From assembly GCF_006345805.1 (NCBI RefSeq), contig NW_021832906.1, positions 1-29,604 on the forward strand: a stretch of 29,604 nucleotides of DNA, read 5' to 3'. This DNA is from Octopus sinensis. Its lineage: Eukaryota. Shown here piece by piece: positions 10,738 through 22,190 of the stretch. The first letter of the stretch is position 1, and each line of letters starts with the position of its first letter. The position numbers were made by a program, and so were the translations under genes. The notes under the pieces are model-generated. The model made no database searches. It was not told the origin of the DNA and saw nothing but the letters and a program-made list of their open reading frames with translations.

Positions 10738-11559
10738 TAACTTTAGCAGTATCGTTTCCTACATGAATGCATTCATGCATGCCTGAAATATATAAATGGA
10801 AGCAAAAAAAGCACAAAATTATCTGATTTTGAAATGCCTTTTATTTTTATGAGAGCTAGCTTGAAAGAGGGTACGCACATGCTTATATATATACCCCGCT
10901 TCAATTATAAGCCGTTGACTTTTTTCAATTTCATGATCTGGTGTAAGCTCCGGGAGTCGATTGTGATATATAAATATAAGTGTGTGGCGGAACATGTGCG
11001 TAGATGATTGCCTATGAGTATATGCGCTTGTATGTTTGTGAAGGAATGTGTGAGAGCATTTGTACATGTCTTAATACCTTTATACAAGATTACATGTTTT
11101 AATATGAAGCAAAATTTTCATATTTAATGGAGCAATAAAAAAATTTAAATTGAAAAAACGAGTTGCAAGCTAAGTTGTATCTGGATCTCTGAAATATTTA
11201 ATAATATTTTCGCTTCACTTCCCTTTCTAAGCAAACACTATACATGCGTGCTGCTCACAAGTGTGCGTGTGTGTAGGTGGGTGGGTGGTGATGGTTGTGG
11301 TAGTGTGTGTGTGTGTGTATGTGTGCGTGATTTTTTTGTGTTTCCTCATAGAGGAAAAAGGCAGCGAAGGTTATGGAAAATATCACTTAGATCTAAATTT
11401 AATTTAGCATGTAAATATATTTAATTTTAAATTTCATAATACTCTGTTAAATTTGAATATATTAATATTGTACGGCGTTCATGATGAGTAGCAGATTTTT
11501 GCCACCCCGGTGTAAGACACACACACCCGACGACTATGCATACGTCCACTATGACATAA

Positions 11560-11815
11560 TCACACACACACACACATATACATACACACATAAGTACATA
11601 CATATACACAGACATACTGCACACATATACACAAACATACAGCACACAAATACACATACATATACACATATACATACACACAAACAGACACACACACAGA
11701 CACACATACACACACATACATACATACATGCATACATACATACATACATACATACATACATACATACATACACACATATACACACGCATAATACACACGC
11801 AAGCACACACACATG
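11560..11815. repeat. Degenerate (CA)n/(CATA)n microsatellite field
   Basis: Direct reading. Confidence 0.9.
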
Positions 11816-11889
11816 TATGTGTAAATTCCTACTGGGGAGACCGTATTTGATAATGCAACCATCGTATCCTCCAAAGTATAATGATATCA

Positions 11890-12068
11890 GGTTTTGGCAG
11901 CAATTTTAAATCAACCCCAGTATCTAACTGGTACTTAATTTATCGACTCCGAAAGGATGAAAAACATTGTCGACCTCGGCGGAATTTGAACTCGGAATGT
12001 AAAGACAAACGAAATGCCGCTAAAATTTTGCCCGTTGTTTTAACAATTCTGCTGGCACGCTGCCTTAC
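11890..12068 (-). mobile_element. SINE family B, diverged
   Basis: actggtacttaatttatcgactccgaaaggatgaaa...gtcgacctcggcggaatttgaactc...ttctgctggcacgctgcctta is the reverse complement of family B. Confidence 0.85.
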
Positions 12069-12195
12069 ATACATACACACATACATACATACATACATAC
12101 ATACATACATACAAACATACATACGTACATACATACAAACATACATACATACATACACACATACATAGATACATACATATGTGTGTGTGTGCGTG

Positions 12196-12390
12196 TGTGT
12201 TGCAACATCACCGGTGCCAAGCTGTTACGGCCTTTGCGTTTCCCTTGAATAACATCAGTGGTGTGGAGAGAGGAGGCTGGTATGTATGGGCGACTGCGAG
12301 CCTTCCACAAACAACCTACCCGGACTTGTGCCTCGGAGGGTAACTTTCTAGGTGCAATCCCAGGGTTATTTATGATGGAAGAGGGTCTCC
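12196..12390. repeat. Non-microsatellite, GC-richer segment, probably a SINE 3' fragment
   Basis: Abrupt composition change between two microsatellites. No second copy in the window, so the assignment is inference only. Confidence 0.35.
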
Positions 12391-12441
12391 TCTATATATA
12401 CATACACACACACACACACACAACACACACACACATATATA

Positions 12442-12474
<33 letters not shown>

Positions 12475-12476
12475 CA

Positions 12477-13768
12477 CGAGGGGCGTTCAATAAGTAATGT
12501 CCCTGACCCACTTCCCATAGCAGTAGAGCAACGAAACTTGGCACAGTTATTAGTCTTTTTCTACATAGGAACCACCCAGAGTTACGCATTTCTCCCATCG
12601 TTTGATGCGGCTCTGGAGACCGTTTTTGTAGAAGAACCCAGCTTGGTCCTCCAACCTCAACGTGACTTCAGAAATCAAGGCTGCATCATCTGGGAAACGC
12701 TTTCCTTTCAAAAACAACTTCATGATTGGGAAGAGGTGAAAATCAGAGGGTGCAAGGTCAGGAAAGTAGGGGGGATGGGGAGGAGTTCATAGCCATACGC
12801 CTGTGCTTCTGATCTGGCGACAAGCGAGTTGTGGACCGGAGCGTTGTCCTGCAGGAGGAGGATGCCTTTGCTGATCTTGCCCCGCCTCTTGATTTTGATA
12901 ACTTCTCTTAATTTCCTCAAAAGTGAAGCATAATAGGCTCCTGCAATTGTGGTACCCTTTGCCAGGAAATCTGTCATCACTACTCCGTCCTGGTCCCAGA
13001 AGACTGTGAGCATGACCTTGCCAGCGGAGGGCTGCACCCTTGCCTTCTTTGGAGGGGGGTGAGTCACGGTGCTTCCACTGCATTGACTGAGATTTGGTCT
13101 CTGGATCATCGTGATGGACACAGGTTTCATCCTGTGTAATCAGTCTTTTGAACAATTTTGACTCATCTTCTTGGCACATCTCCAAATTCACCCTCGAGCA
13201 CTCGACGCGTTCTTGCTTCTGGAAAGGTGTGAGCAACCTGGGAATCTATCTGGCAGACACCTTTTGCATATGCAAATGGTCATGAATGATAGTTTCCACA
13301 GACCCGGTACTAATCTTGACCTCATGGGCTATTTGGCGAATAATTATGCGTCGATCTTCCAAAATGGCAGCCTCAACTTGACGGACAGATGCCTCATCAA
13401 TGGCAGAAGGGGGCGACCAGATCTGGGAGCTGTTTCCACAGAGTTCCGACCATGTTTGAATTCACGATGCCAGCGTTTTACAAGGTCATATGATGAGGCA
13501 TCATCACCATAAGTTACTTTCATTTCATCAAAAGTCTCCCGTGGTGTGCGTCCTTTCAAATACAAAAACCGGATCACTGCTTGACACTCAACAGGCTCCA
13601 TTTCACACTTGACTCGGTTCAAACACCTGTAAATCAGAAACCACAATTAATTCAGAGCTGTAATTTGCCACTTACTCTATAGAGATATAAATGATTGCAG
13701 ATTCACAATTTCAGCTAGATCAAACAACTGCAAGTGGGTCAGAGGCATTACTTATTGAACGTCCCTCG
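12477..13768 (-). mobile_element. Full-length mariner transposon (irritans/Hsmar2-like TIR start CGAGGG), 37-bp TIRs
   Basis: Left TIR 12477-12513 cgaggggcgttcaataagtaatgtccctgacccactt. Right TIR 13732-13768 is its reverse complement with 3 mismatches. TA follows the right end; the left flank reads CA inside a (TA)n run. Confidence 0.97.
12550..13601 (-). pseudogene. Mariner DD34D transposase pseudogene (one in-frame stop, three frameshifts)
   Basis: MEPVECQAVIRFLYLKG...HTH...RSGRP / SAR*IPRLL (WVPREL motif with W>TAG) / LITQDET (D1) / LLQDNAPVH (D2) / HPPYFPDLAPSD (D3, 34 residues after D2) / ...YVEKD stop at 12550-12552. Confidence 0.95.
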
Positions 13769-14424
13769 TATATAGTTAATCCAAGCATGAAATTACAAAG
13801 AGAAAACACAACAACGCGATGACGTGGAACAAGTATAGTATTATTGGACGCTCAGAAAAGGAAAGAAAGAAGGAAATTTTCAGAATGAGATAAACATCCA
13901 AGGCTGTGAAAGATTTTAGAACATTTATAAGTAGGCCTTACAGCAGTTTCCGGGATATTTTATGTATCCCTTCCCCGGAGACGGTGTGAGAAGATGGTTA
14001 AGCAATAGTTATTTTAAATAAGATATGAAATAGAGAGCGAAGTGGAGGAATGAAAATAGACGTGAGATATGCAGGGATATTACATCTGTAGATCCATTAT
14101 CTAGCCAGAATTGTGTACATATAAGATTCTAAGTTCCTTGTAGTTTCCAAATACTATTGGAGCTTATATATATATATATATACTATATATATACTATTGG
14201 AGCTTATATATATGTGTATATAAGCATGGCCACAGCTCGTGAGCTGAAACTAGATAAGATAAGATAAGATAAGATATACATATACATATCTGTGTAAATA
14301 TATACTCGTATATGTAAGAACATCTCCATTTATGTCTGTATGTGTGTGTATCTATACATCAATGTATGAGTGTGAAAACTGAAGACAGCTGGTCACGCGA
14401 TAATGATTTTGAATATTGGATCGG

Positions 14425-14640
14425 GTGACACGTTGTGATTTTGAGCAAGGCACTTCCTTTCACGTTCAACCAGTGTCCCCAGCTGATATGAATGCAAAAC
14501 CGAGCCCTGTCGTCGTGTCCTTTCCGTGTCACCTGCCATATCCCGAATCTTTTCTCTAAGATCAAGGGAGCAGGGAATGGAAAGAGTTTATGTTTGCTCT
14601 CAACCACGTAGAGAGACTGAAATCAGTTAATAAAATCATG
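14425..14640 (+). mobile_element. Old SINE family C-like fragment
   Basis: gacacgttgtgattttgagcaaggcacttcctttcacgtt resembles the post-B-box segment of the other family C copies. Confidence 0.4.
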
Positions 14641-14689
14641 GCAAATGCTACAATATCAGCGGTAAATCCGAGCGCATTGCAATACATGT

Positions 14690-14797
14690 ATCTCTCTCTC
14701 TCTTTCCCCTTCTCTGTCTCTCTGTCTCTCTGTTTATCTGTCTCTCTCTATTATCTATCTATCTACCTATCTATCTATCTATCTATCTATCCATCAA

Positions 14798-14886
<89 letters not shown>

Positions 14887-14969
14887 GAATCTGCCTATCC
14901 ACCTACATGTCTATCTGTCTATATTTCATTCTCTCTATCTGTCTATACGTGTGTATGTATGTATATATA

Positions 14970-15008
<39 letters not shown>

Positions 15009-15050
15009 GTGCGCATGTGTGCATGTGTATGTGTCTCTGTGTGTATGTAT
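14690..15050. repeat. (CT)n-(TCTA)n-(TA)n-(TG)n compound microsatellite
   Basis: Direct reading. Confidence 0.95.
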
Positions 15051-15939
15051 ACATGTGCGTTTTGTTTCTATTCATGAATACTTTTGAGAGTATGCGTGCA
15101 GTTGTGAGAGATCAAGCAAGTATCTGATGCGTTACTGATTTACAATGGGCTGCAGGGGAAACACCGACAGAAACCCTTATTTGTCCTGCTCTTATAAAAG
15201 GAAGAGAAAATTTGTTTTGTGTTAGGTGGTTGCTCCCATGAAATATAAATACAACAATCGGTTCATAACTCGATAACCGAATTGACATGATCTCGCTAGA
15301 AAGACCCGACAATCCACCAACGGCATTGGTAAAGCTATTTCCAGTCTTATATTCTTTGTTAGTTCTCATATTCTGCATCAATTGTGAAGAAGAGGTATAA
15401 AAGGAATGTATACCACGATTCAGAGCCGTCACTCAAGCATGACTGACATTCTTTGAACAGTATTATGCCATTGAAATCTGCGGAATTTACAATGCTTAAT
15501 GTTGCATCACCCAAGTATAGTTATTTATTTAGCTCTATACTCTTCGCCAGATTTTACCAGAATCACTGTTCATATATCTTCCAGACCGCACACCCACTCT
15601 TCTTATTTAACAATTGTAAAATACACAGCCACGAATATAAATACAAAACCATAATCCCTTACATAATTATTACTGCTAATAAATCTAGATTATTTCGTCT
15701 GGTAGTAAAGTTAGGCGAGAGGATGGAAAAAATTCCGCGTATAAAAGATTTCGTAATCATTCGAAGAAGTTTCACGATTTCAATAGTTTACTCGTAGTCA
15801 ATTCTACAGGTGTATAGAAATGAGCGCTGGTTAAATTTCTTGTATTTTTTCTCCTGCTGAAGAAGATTTTTCATCTGTGTTAGATATACATTCCACTGTT
15901 ACAAGCTCGTTCGTGTTTCCGATGTACAGTATATAGTGT

Positions 15940-15973
<34 letters not shown>

Positions 15974-16101
15974 CTATCTAATGGTATTGCGCCTGCGATC
16001 CACCTATGTCACTGCCTGTGATATCATCAATTTTAAAATTTATCCACAGATGATATGAACAGTAGTGACAACTGATTTCAAATCTCAGTGTTTGAATGCT
16101 T

Positions 16102-16144
<43 letters not shown>

Positions 16145-17893
16145 TTTGATGCATTTTAGTACAGTTCGTAATCGTTACTAAACATATCATCGTTAGTACC
16201 GTTATTCTATCTACGTTTATGTGTAGTGAATAACTGAGCCCATCTCACTGACATTATTGTCACCCTTTTGATGCAAAGCGAATGAAAGAAGTGCATTGTT
16301 TGGTTATATATAACATGCAGTTATGTAATCAAATATTGATACTTACAAAATAAAAGTGAAGCAAAGCAAGACGGCATGTACATATTTAATAGCAATGTAC
16401 TATCAGTATCACTTACGTTAAAGAAATGAGCATACCTACACAACTGAGCCCATTCATTTTGTTTCTTTGTAACTTCTAGAAAAATGTATATTTGTTTATG
16501 AAATTTATTTACAAATACGTTGCAGGTGGAGCAGATTCAGATTATATAGAAATTTGTGATGTAAATATTTTTCCGGGGGTCAGGTGAAGAGAGGGGTTAA
16601 ACAAAATTCCACGAGTCGGTTTTGTCTCCATATAACTTTTGGAAAAATGAGTATTTTTAAAAGAAATTTTCTACAAATAATTTCAGAGTGTGTAAATTAC
16701 GATTATATCGGAATTCGATGTGAAAATAAAAATGGTGAGCACGCACACATGCATATTGACACATCAAGGCTTATTTTCGAATTTCAAGTTTCATTCTGTA
16801 GATATATGTGATACGTTTCCGTATGTATAAGTACAAGTCCATCAATTTTTTTATTTTTTTCATATTAGCTTCAGATATAATCGTATTCAAATGGAATCAT
16901 TTGAATATTTCTTTTCAGGGAGAAATTTCTTTCCAATCAAGCACCATTGTTGGAAGTTGTATAACAAAATTAATGAGTGTTCCGGGATGAATGTTAAAAG
17001 AATGCTTACATATTTTACCGTTCCACTTCTAGATTGCATCACTAAAGTACATATTAGCTGACCCTTTTCCATAAAAACCCGTTCCTTTGTGGAACTTATA
17101 ACATAGTTAAATGGACCAATTATCATAATGTGAATGTAAGTTTATATCGTATAGAGAACTTTTAGTGTTCGAATATGTATGTGATCATATGTCAGTTTTC
17201 TTTAGGAATTAGTTGTCATTTGTTTTCCGTCGGAGAATTCTAACCCGCCACTAACCAGTTGGCAACGTTTTCTTTTTTGCTTCTTCTTTCTGAGTTTGTG
17301 TCATGTGAATCGGTTGATGTGCTGATGTATGAATGTTTGTATATATCTATATATATATATATATATATATATAATACAAAATGGGACAAGAACGCAAAAC
17401 ATCCAGACAGTGAAGTGATATAAAAAAAGGACAACAAAACATCCAGATAGACGATACAACAAAAAAAAGAACGGTTCATTCAGAGTTTTCTTTCCTCGGT
17501 CGAGTTCCAGATTATCTTTGCAATTTCGGCTGGTTATACTCGAGATTGCTCCTATCTGGCCAGCGGCAAGGAAAAAGAGCATTAGATTCCTTGAAAGAAA
17601 GCAGCGAATGTATACGAAAACATGGACGGAAAAAAACGGTGAATGTTACACAAATACAACTAACAGGACATAACAACAACAGGTTTCTTTCGACTAAGGA
17701 CGAATTAAATTAAGCTGGCATGTGTCCAAACATTTGTATAATGAATCGGAAGAAGTTTGCAAATATATATATATATATATATATGCATGTATGTGCTCAT
17801 GGGTAACTTGTATTTGTGTGGTGGATACACGTTTCATTTCAGTATACAAGTGTTTTTACTTCAATATTCCTCCGCTTCTTTATACAAATGTTT

Positions 17894-18003
17894 GGACGAA
17901 AAGCCATCGGACAAAAAAATCATCGGACAAAATGACGTGGACGAAGTGACTTTAGATTAAGTGACGTTAGACAAAGTGATATCGGACGAAAAATCTGGTC
18001 ACG
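17894..18003. repeat. Degenerate array of seven 13-16-bp units (consensus about GGACRAARTGAC/TATC)
   Basis: Units start at 17894, 17909, 17925, 17939, 17954, 17969 and 17984; the array ends in ggtcacg. Confidence 0.8.
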
Positions 18004-18011
18004 AATCCTAT

Positions 18012-18140
18012 CAGTAGGTCACGTGTTCAATTCTCAGTCCAGGTGTTGCATCATATCCTTCGGCAAGGGACTGCTCTTTAGGTTGCTCTAGTCAGCTCAG
18101 CTGAAAACAAGTACTAGCTATGTGCTGGGGGTTAATTCTG
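18012..18140 (+). mobile_element. SINE family C-like fragment
   Basis: ggtcacgtgttcaattctcagtcc (B-box-like), ccttcggcaaggg, gttgctctagtcagctcagctgaaaa. Confidence 0.6.
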
Positions 18141-18788
18141 CCATAGACAGAGGTCCTGATTAAGCAGGCCTATCACCAGAGACATTCAAACTGGCCACTA
18201 ACCAATTAGCAATAATTGTGTCATGTGAATCGGCTGATGTCCTGATGTATGAATGTTTGCATATATATATCTATGCATATAAATTTGACATGGGCGATTC
18301 TTTCTTGTCTTGGGATCCACGGTCAAACGGCTGGGTGGAATTGTGCGAGAAATTACACAGATGTGTAGAATGATCCGGTGGTGATGCGGGGCTTTGTATT
18401 TTTTTCATAGGCCCCATGGTTACCGAGATAATAATCTGCTATAGTAATATACTTGTGTTTATGAATGAGAAAGGAAGGGGTGATAGATGAATAAGGAAGG
18501 AAGGGGTGATGTCATACTTGGTAGTGGGATGATGAAAATTATACGCTGAAAAATGAATCAAACAGCGTTCAGCTCTGTGTGAATATATGTGTATGTATGT
18601 AAAAGTGGGGTATGTGAATGTGTGTATGTGTGTGTGCTTGTGTGTGTGTGCGTGTGCGTGAGCAATGGAAGTGAGATGGTCCATCTTTGTTTACTTAGTA
18701 TTTGGGTTTATTTTTTGATTTGGTTGAATCTTGGTTGGTTATACTTTTGTCGAAGTGAGCATTTTATTAATATTGACAGAAGAATACG

Positions 18789-19097
18789 AAATGCCTAGCG
18801 TTATTTCGTCTGTCTACGTTCTGAGTTCAAATTCTGCCGCGGTCGATTTTGCCTTTCATTCTTTCGATAGATTAAGTATCAGTTGCGTACTGTGGTTGAT
18901 CTAATCGACTGGCGCCCTCCCACAAAATTTCGGGGCTTTTGCCAAGAGCAGAAAAGGGTATTAATATCAGCAAAGAGGTGATGAACTGGCAGAGCCGTTA
19001 GCACGCTGGACGAAATGCTTAGCGTTATTTCCTCTGTCTTTACGTTGTGAGTTCAAATTCCGCCGAGGTAGACTTTGTCTTTTATTCTTTCGAGTCA
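18789..19097 (+). mobile_element. Two tandem SINE family B copies (about 18789-18960 and 18977-19097)
   Basis: Both carry gagttcaaatt-c-gccg-ggt-ga-tttg-cttt-attctttcg. The second has the head gaactggcagagccgttagcacgc. Confidence 0.85.
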
Positions 19098-19269
19098 CTC
19101 TGTTATGCCTGGAAATATTAAACACACACACAAAAACACACATATAAATATAATTGTTAAAGAGGACAACAAACGTTAAGGGAAGGCAAACATCTCAAGT
19201 CATATACATTATTAGTATTGGAAAAAAGTCAAAACCTTACAGCTGTTTCTGGGATGACGGAATATCCCA

Positions 19270-19347
19270 TACTCTGGTCCGGGAATCAAACTCACAACCT
19301 CGTGATTGCGAACCCGATGTTCTAACCTCTCAACCATACGCCTTCAC
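19270..19347 (-). mobile_element. SINE family C head
   Basis: Reverse complement gtgaaggcgtatggttgagaggttagaacatcgggttcgcaatcacgaggttgtgagtttgattcccggacc is a tRNA-like A/B-box head. Confidence 0.7.
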
Positions 19348-19353
19348 AAGTAA

Positions 19354-19384
<31 letters not shown>

Positions 19385-19385
19385 G

Positions 19386-19416
<31 letters not shown>

Positions 19417-20159
19417 TGTGTGTGTGTGTTGGTGTGCATGCGTGTGTAGATATATATTATATATATATATTCTCTCTCTCTCTTTGTCTCTTTCTCTCTT
19501 CTCTTTCAGTTCTCTTCATATTTTACTCTTTCACTTAGTCATTTTTCATTCAGTCTCCTCTCCTCTGTCTCGCTCCCCCTACTCTCTCTCTCTCTCTCCT
19601 GTCATTTTACTTTGCACTTTATTTTAAAGATGTCTTCTCTTCTACCTTTTATCACAAAAAAACATTTATTTTTTTACTTTACCTCACCCAGCTCTTTCCG
19701 TTTCTCTACCACACATTTTCTCTGTTTTGTCTTTCATCCTATTACCAGGAGTTATTCTACAACCACTACTACTACTTGAAGTTGCAGTTGATGTTGTTTT
19801 GTCTTTGCTGCTGTTGTTGTCACATTTTGTTGTTGTTGTTGTTGTTGTTGCACACATCGCTTGTGATAGCAATATTGGGAACGCCAGGCAGTGGCTTATA
19901 ATCATCAAATTGTTGCCATTGACTGCAGGCCTGTTATGCAAATATTAACACTAAAAGCTACTTACATATATCCTTATCTATCCTTAGGCGTTTAACATTA
20001 TTTCTCATAGGTAGGGCCTTAATGGACTGAAATCTTTGAGTAAAAAGCGATAACCCTTCCATACTTACTAGAATATATGTGTTCACAGAAAAAAGAAAAA
20101 GGAAAATTTACCAAAAGTAGTCGTGGAAAACTAAAACCTTTCCTGAAACAATATTAAGT

Positions 20160-20211
20160 ATTTATTATTATTATTATTACTATTATTATTATTATTATCA
20201 CCATCATCATT

Positions 20212-20257
<46 letters not shown>

Positions 20258-20290
20258 ATATTATTATTATTATTATTATTACTATTATTA
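20160..20290. repeat. (TAT)n-(CAT)n-(TAT)n trinucleotide compound repeat
   Basis: Direct reading. Confidence 0.95.
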
Positions 20291-20344
20291 ATTTGTTGTT
20301 TTTACCTTTTCATCTATAAAGAACGCTGCTCTGATCGCTAAAAG

Positions 20345-20832
20345 TTCTCCACACCTACACACATATATACACATACACGGATACGCGCATACATACAAAC
20401 ATACATGCATACATACACACATATATACAGCCATACATAGACACACACCTACATACATATATACATACATGCATCCATACATACACAGATATACAGCCAT
20501 ACATAAACACACGTACATACATATACACACACACATATATATATACATAATACACACACACTTATAAACATGCATACATACATAAATACATACACACATG
20601 CATACACACATACATGCATACATATACACACACATACATACACACACATCATACATACATTCATGAATACATATATACACACACATACACATACACACAT
20701 ACACACATAAATACATACATAAATACATACATACATACATACATGCATACATACAAACATACATACATACATACATACATACATACATACATACATACAT
20801 ACATACATACATACATACATACATACATACAT
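20345..20832. repeat. Long degenerate (CATA)n field
   Basis: Direct reading. Confidence 0.95.
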
Positions 20833-20902
20833 ACTCAGGACACACAAATTTATTTTACGAATTTTATTATTCGAGTGTGAGAGTACGTAGCCTAGATTTT
20901 AA

Positions 20903-21006
20903 GGTGGCAGCCTTATGATTGTAAAGTCCTAAGTTCGATTCCCGGACAGGGTAGGATATCGTGTCCGTGGACGATGCACTTCATTTCCTGTTGCTCTAAT
21001 CCACTT
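20903..21006 (+). mobile_element. SINE family C head fragment
   Basis: gattgtaaagtcctaagttcgattcccggac (B-box) ... atcgtgtccgtggacgatgcacttcatttcctgttgctctaatccactt. Confidence 0.65.
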
Positions 21007-21008
21007 AT

Positions 21009-21046
<38 letters not shown>

Positions 21047-21057
21047 TTATATATATA

Positions 21058-21342
21058 TACTAGCAGTATCGCCCGGCGTAGCTCGGGTTTGCTTCGACCC
21101 TTTAGAATTGGAATTTTAAAAAATAGGGATTTTCATAGAAAAAAAAAGTACCTTTTCTATGTAAATAATTTTTCGTGTTAACATGGTCCGATTTGAATTT
21201 TTTCTTCCACGGAAATAAGAGCAAGCCTTCTTCTATCATACTCTCAATTTTGGTCGACTTGCGCCGCAGTGTTAGTTGAAGACTACCAAACCTGGCATAC
21301 ACAGACAACTTCAGCTTTATATATATATATATATATAAAGAT
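21058..21342 (+). mobile_element. Helentron-associated non-autonomous element (HINE/DINE-1-like)
   Basis: Starts tactagc followed by the GC hairpin cccgg-cgtag-ctcggg. Ends cagacaacttcagctttatatat...agat. Both ends lie in AT microsatellite. These termini match the described Helentron/HINE end structure (established pattern, family not verified). Confidence 0.7.
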
Positions 21343-21699
21343 AGGTGTAGCTGCTAATGGCTTGAAGGTGTTATCTTTAGGATAGACTGGTATTTTGGTC
21401 CAATGAGGAGGAGAAGGGAGTCTTTGAGAAGTAAGTCTAGCGAAGGCCCAACGCCATTTTTTCTGCTATGGGAAGGCATGAATCTGCTATGGGAAGGCGT
21501 GAGAGCATGAATCCATGGTCTTGCTTTCCGTTGTTGTTCATAGACACATCTGAAAGAAATTATTGTATACAATTCTCAGGTGTACTACAACTAAGAAAGA
21601 AAAAAAAGCCGTCAGGTGTACATTGTCATGCGAGCACGAATCCTTGGTTTTGATTTCTGTTGGTTCATAGATACATCTGAAAGAAAAAAAGGCCAACAG

Positions 21700-22190
21700 T
21701 TTACACCTGATAGCATGAAAGTTTTGCAGCAAGTAATGCCTCGACAAATAACGAGATGCAGGCTTCAACAATTCTGAGCGTAAAAAAATGTTTCCGAAAG
21801 TCTTGGGTGCAGTGATGTCTTTTGATTTTATGAACGTGTCCACGAGTGTTCGACATATGGAATTCAAAAGAGTGCCCAAGATTGTTGTTGGAAAGACGAT
21901 GGATAATCTTGTGGGTCTACCAAGTCAGTTTCCAGGCGCCTGAGCTCTAATGTCTTCATGCCCTGGGTAGCAAGACGTTCAGACTAGATGCACGATGGCG
22001 GGTATTCGTTTTGTTGTACGTTTCTCAACAGTTTCCAGGAGACTGATATGCTGGGCAAAATATGGGTTCCGAACTAGTCATGCAAATTCTAAGTGTGGAC
22101 GTACCATTGTCGTATACAATTTTAAATTGATAGCCGGAGAGCGGCTGACAAAGGTCTTGTTGAGTAATGCCAGGATATTTTACTAAACGG
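21700..22190 (-). pseudogene. CR1-clade LINE ORF2 C-terminal fragment
   Basis: Hand translation of the minus strand: LYTTMVRPHLEFA*LVRNPY...LLETVEKRTTKRIP / ERL...TLELRRLETDL / NTRGHVHKIKR...FRKHFFTLRIVEA. These match the typical CR1 post-RT motifs (LVRPHLEY, LELRRL, TRGH, RKHFFS.RVV). Confidence 0.85.

Noticed and set aside
12538-13512. Plus-strand ORFs 12538-12792 and 13171-13512
   Set aside because: Antisense shadows of the mariner transposase.
13835-13860. tagtattattggacgctcagaaaag, similar to the acgctcaggaa segment of the 149-269 repeat
   Set aside because: The match is too short and the hammerhead-like part is absent.
14233-14253. Hairpin cagctc/gagctg followed by GAAACTAG
   Set aside because: No CUGANGA upstream and no stem I, so it cannot be called a hammerhead.
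15112-15797. 106-aa and 114-aa ORFs in non-repetitive sequence
   Set aside because: No recognisable domain or convincing splice context; the lengths are compatible with chance.
17471-17510. Minus-strand CCGAGGA-aaga-aaac-tct-GAAT motif
   Set aside because: Core substitutions at two positions and no stem I/III support.
17894-18003. CRISPR-like appearance of the short repeat array
   Set aside because: Units are contiguous, 13-16 bp, without unique spacers, in a eukaryotic context with no cas genes.
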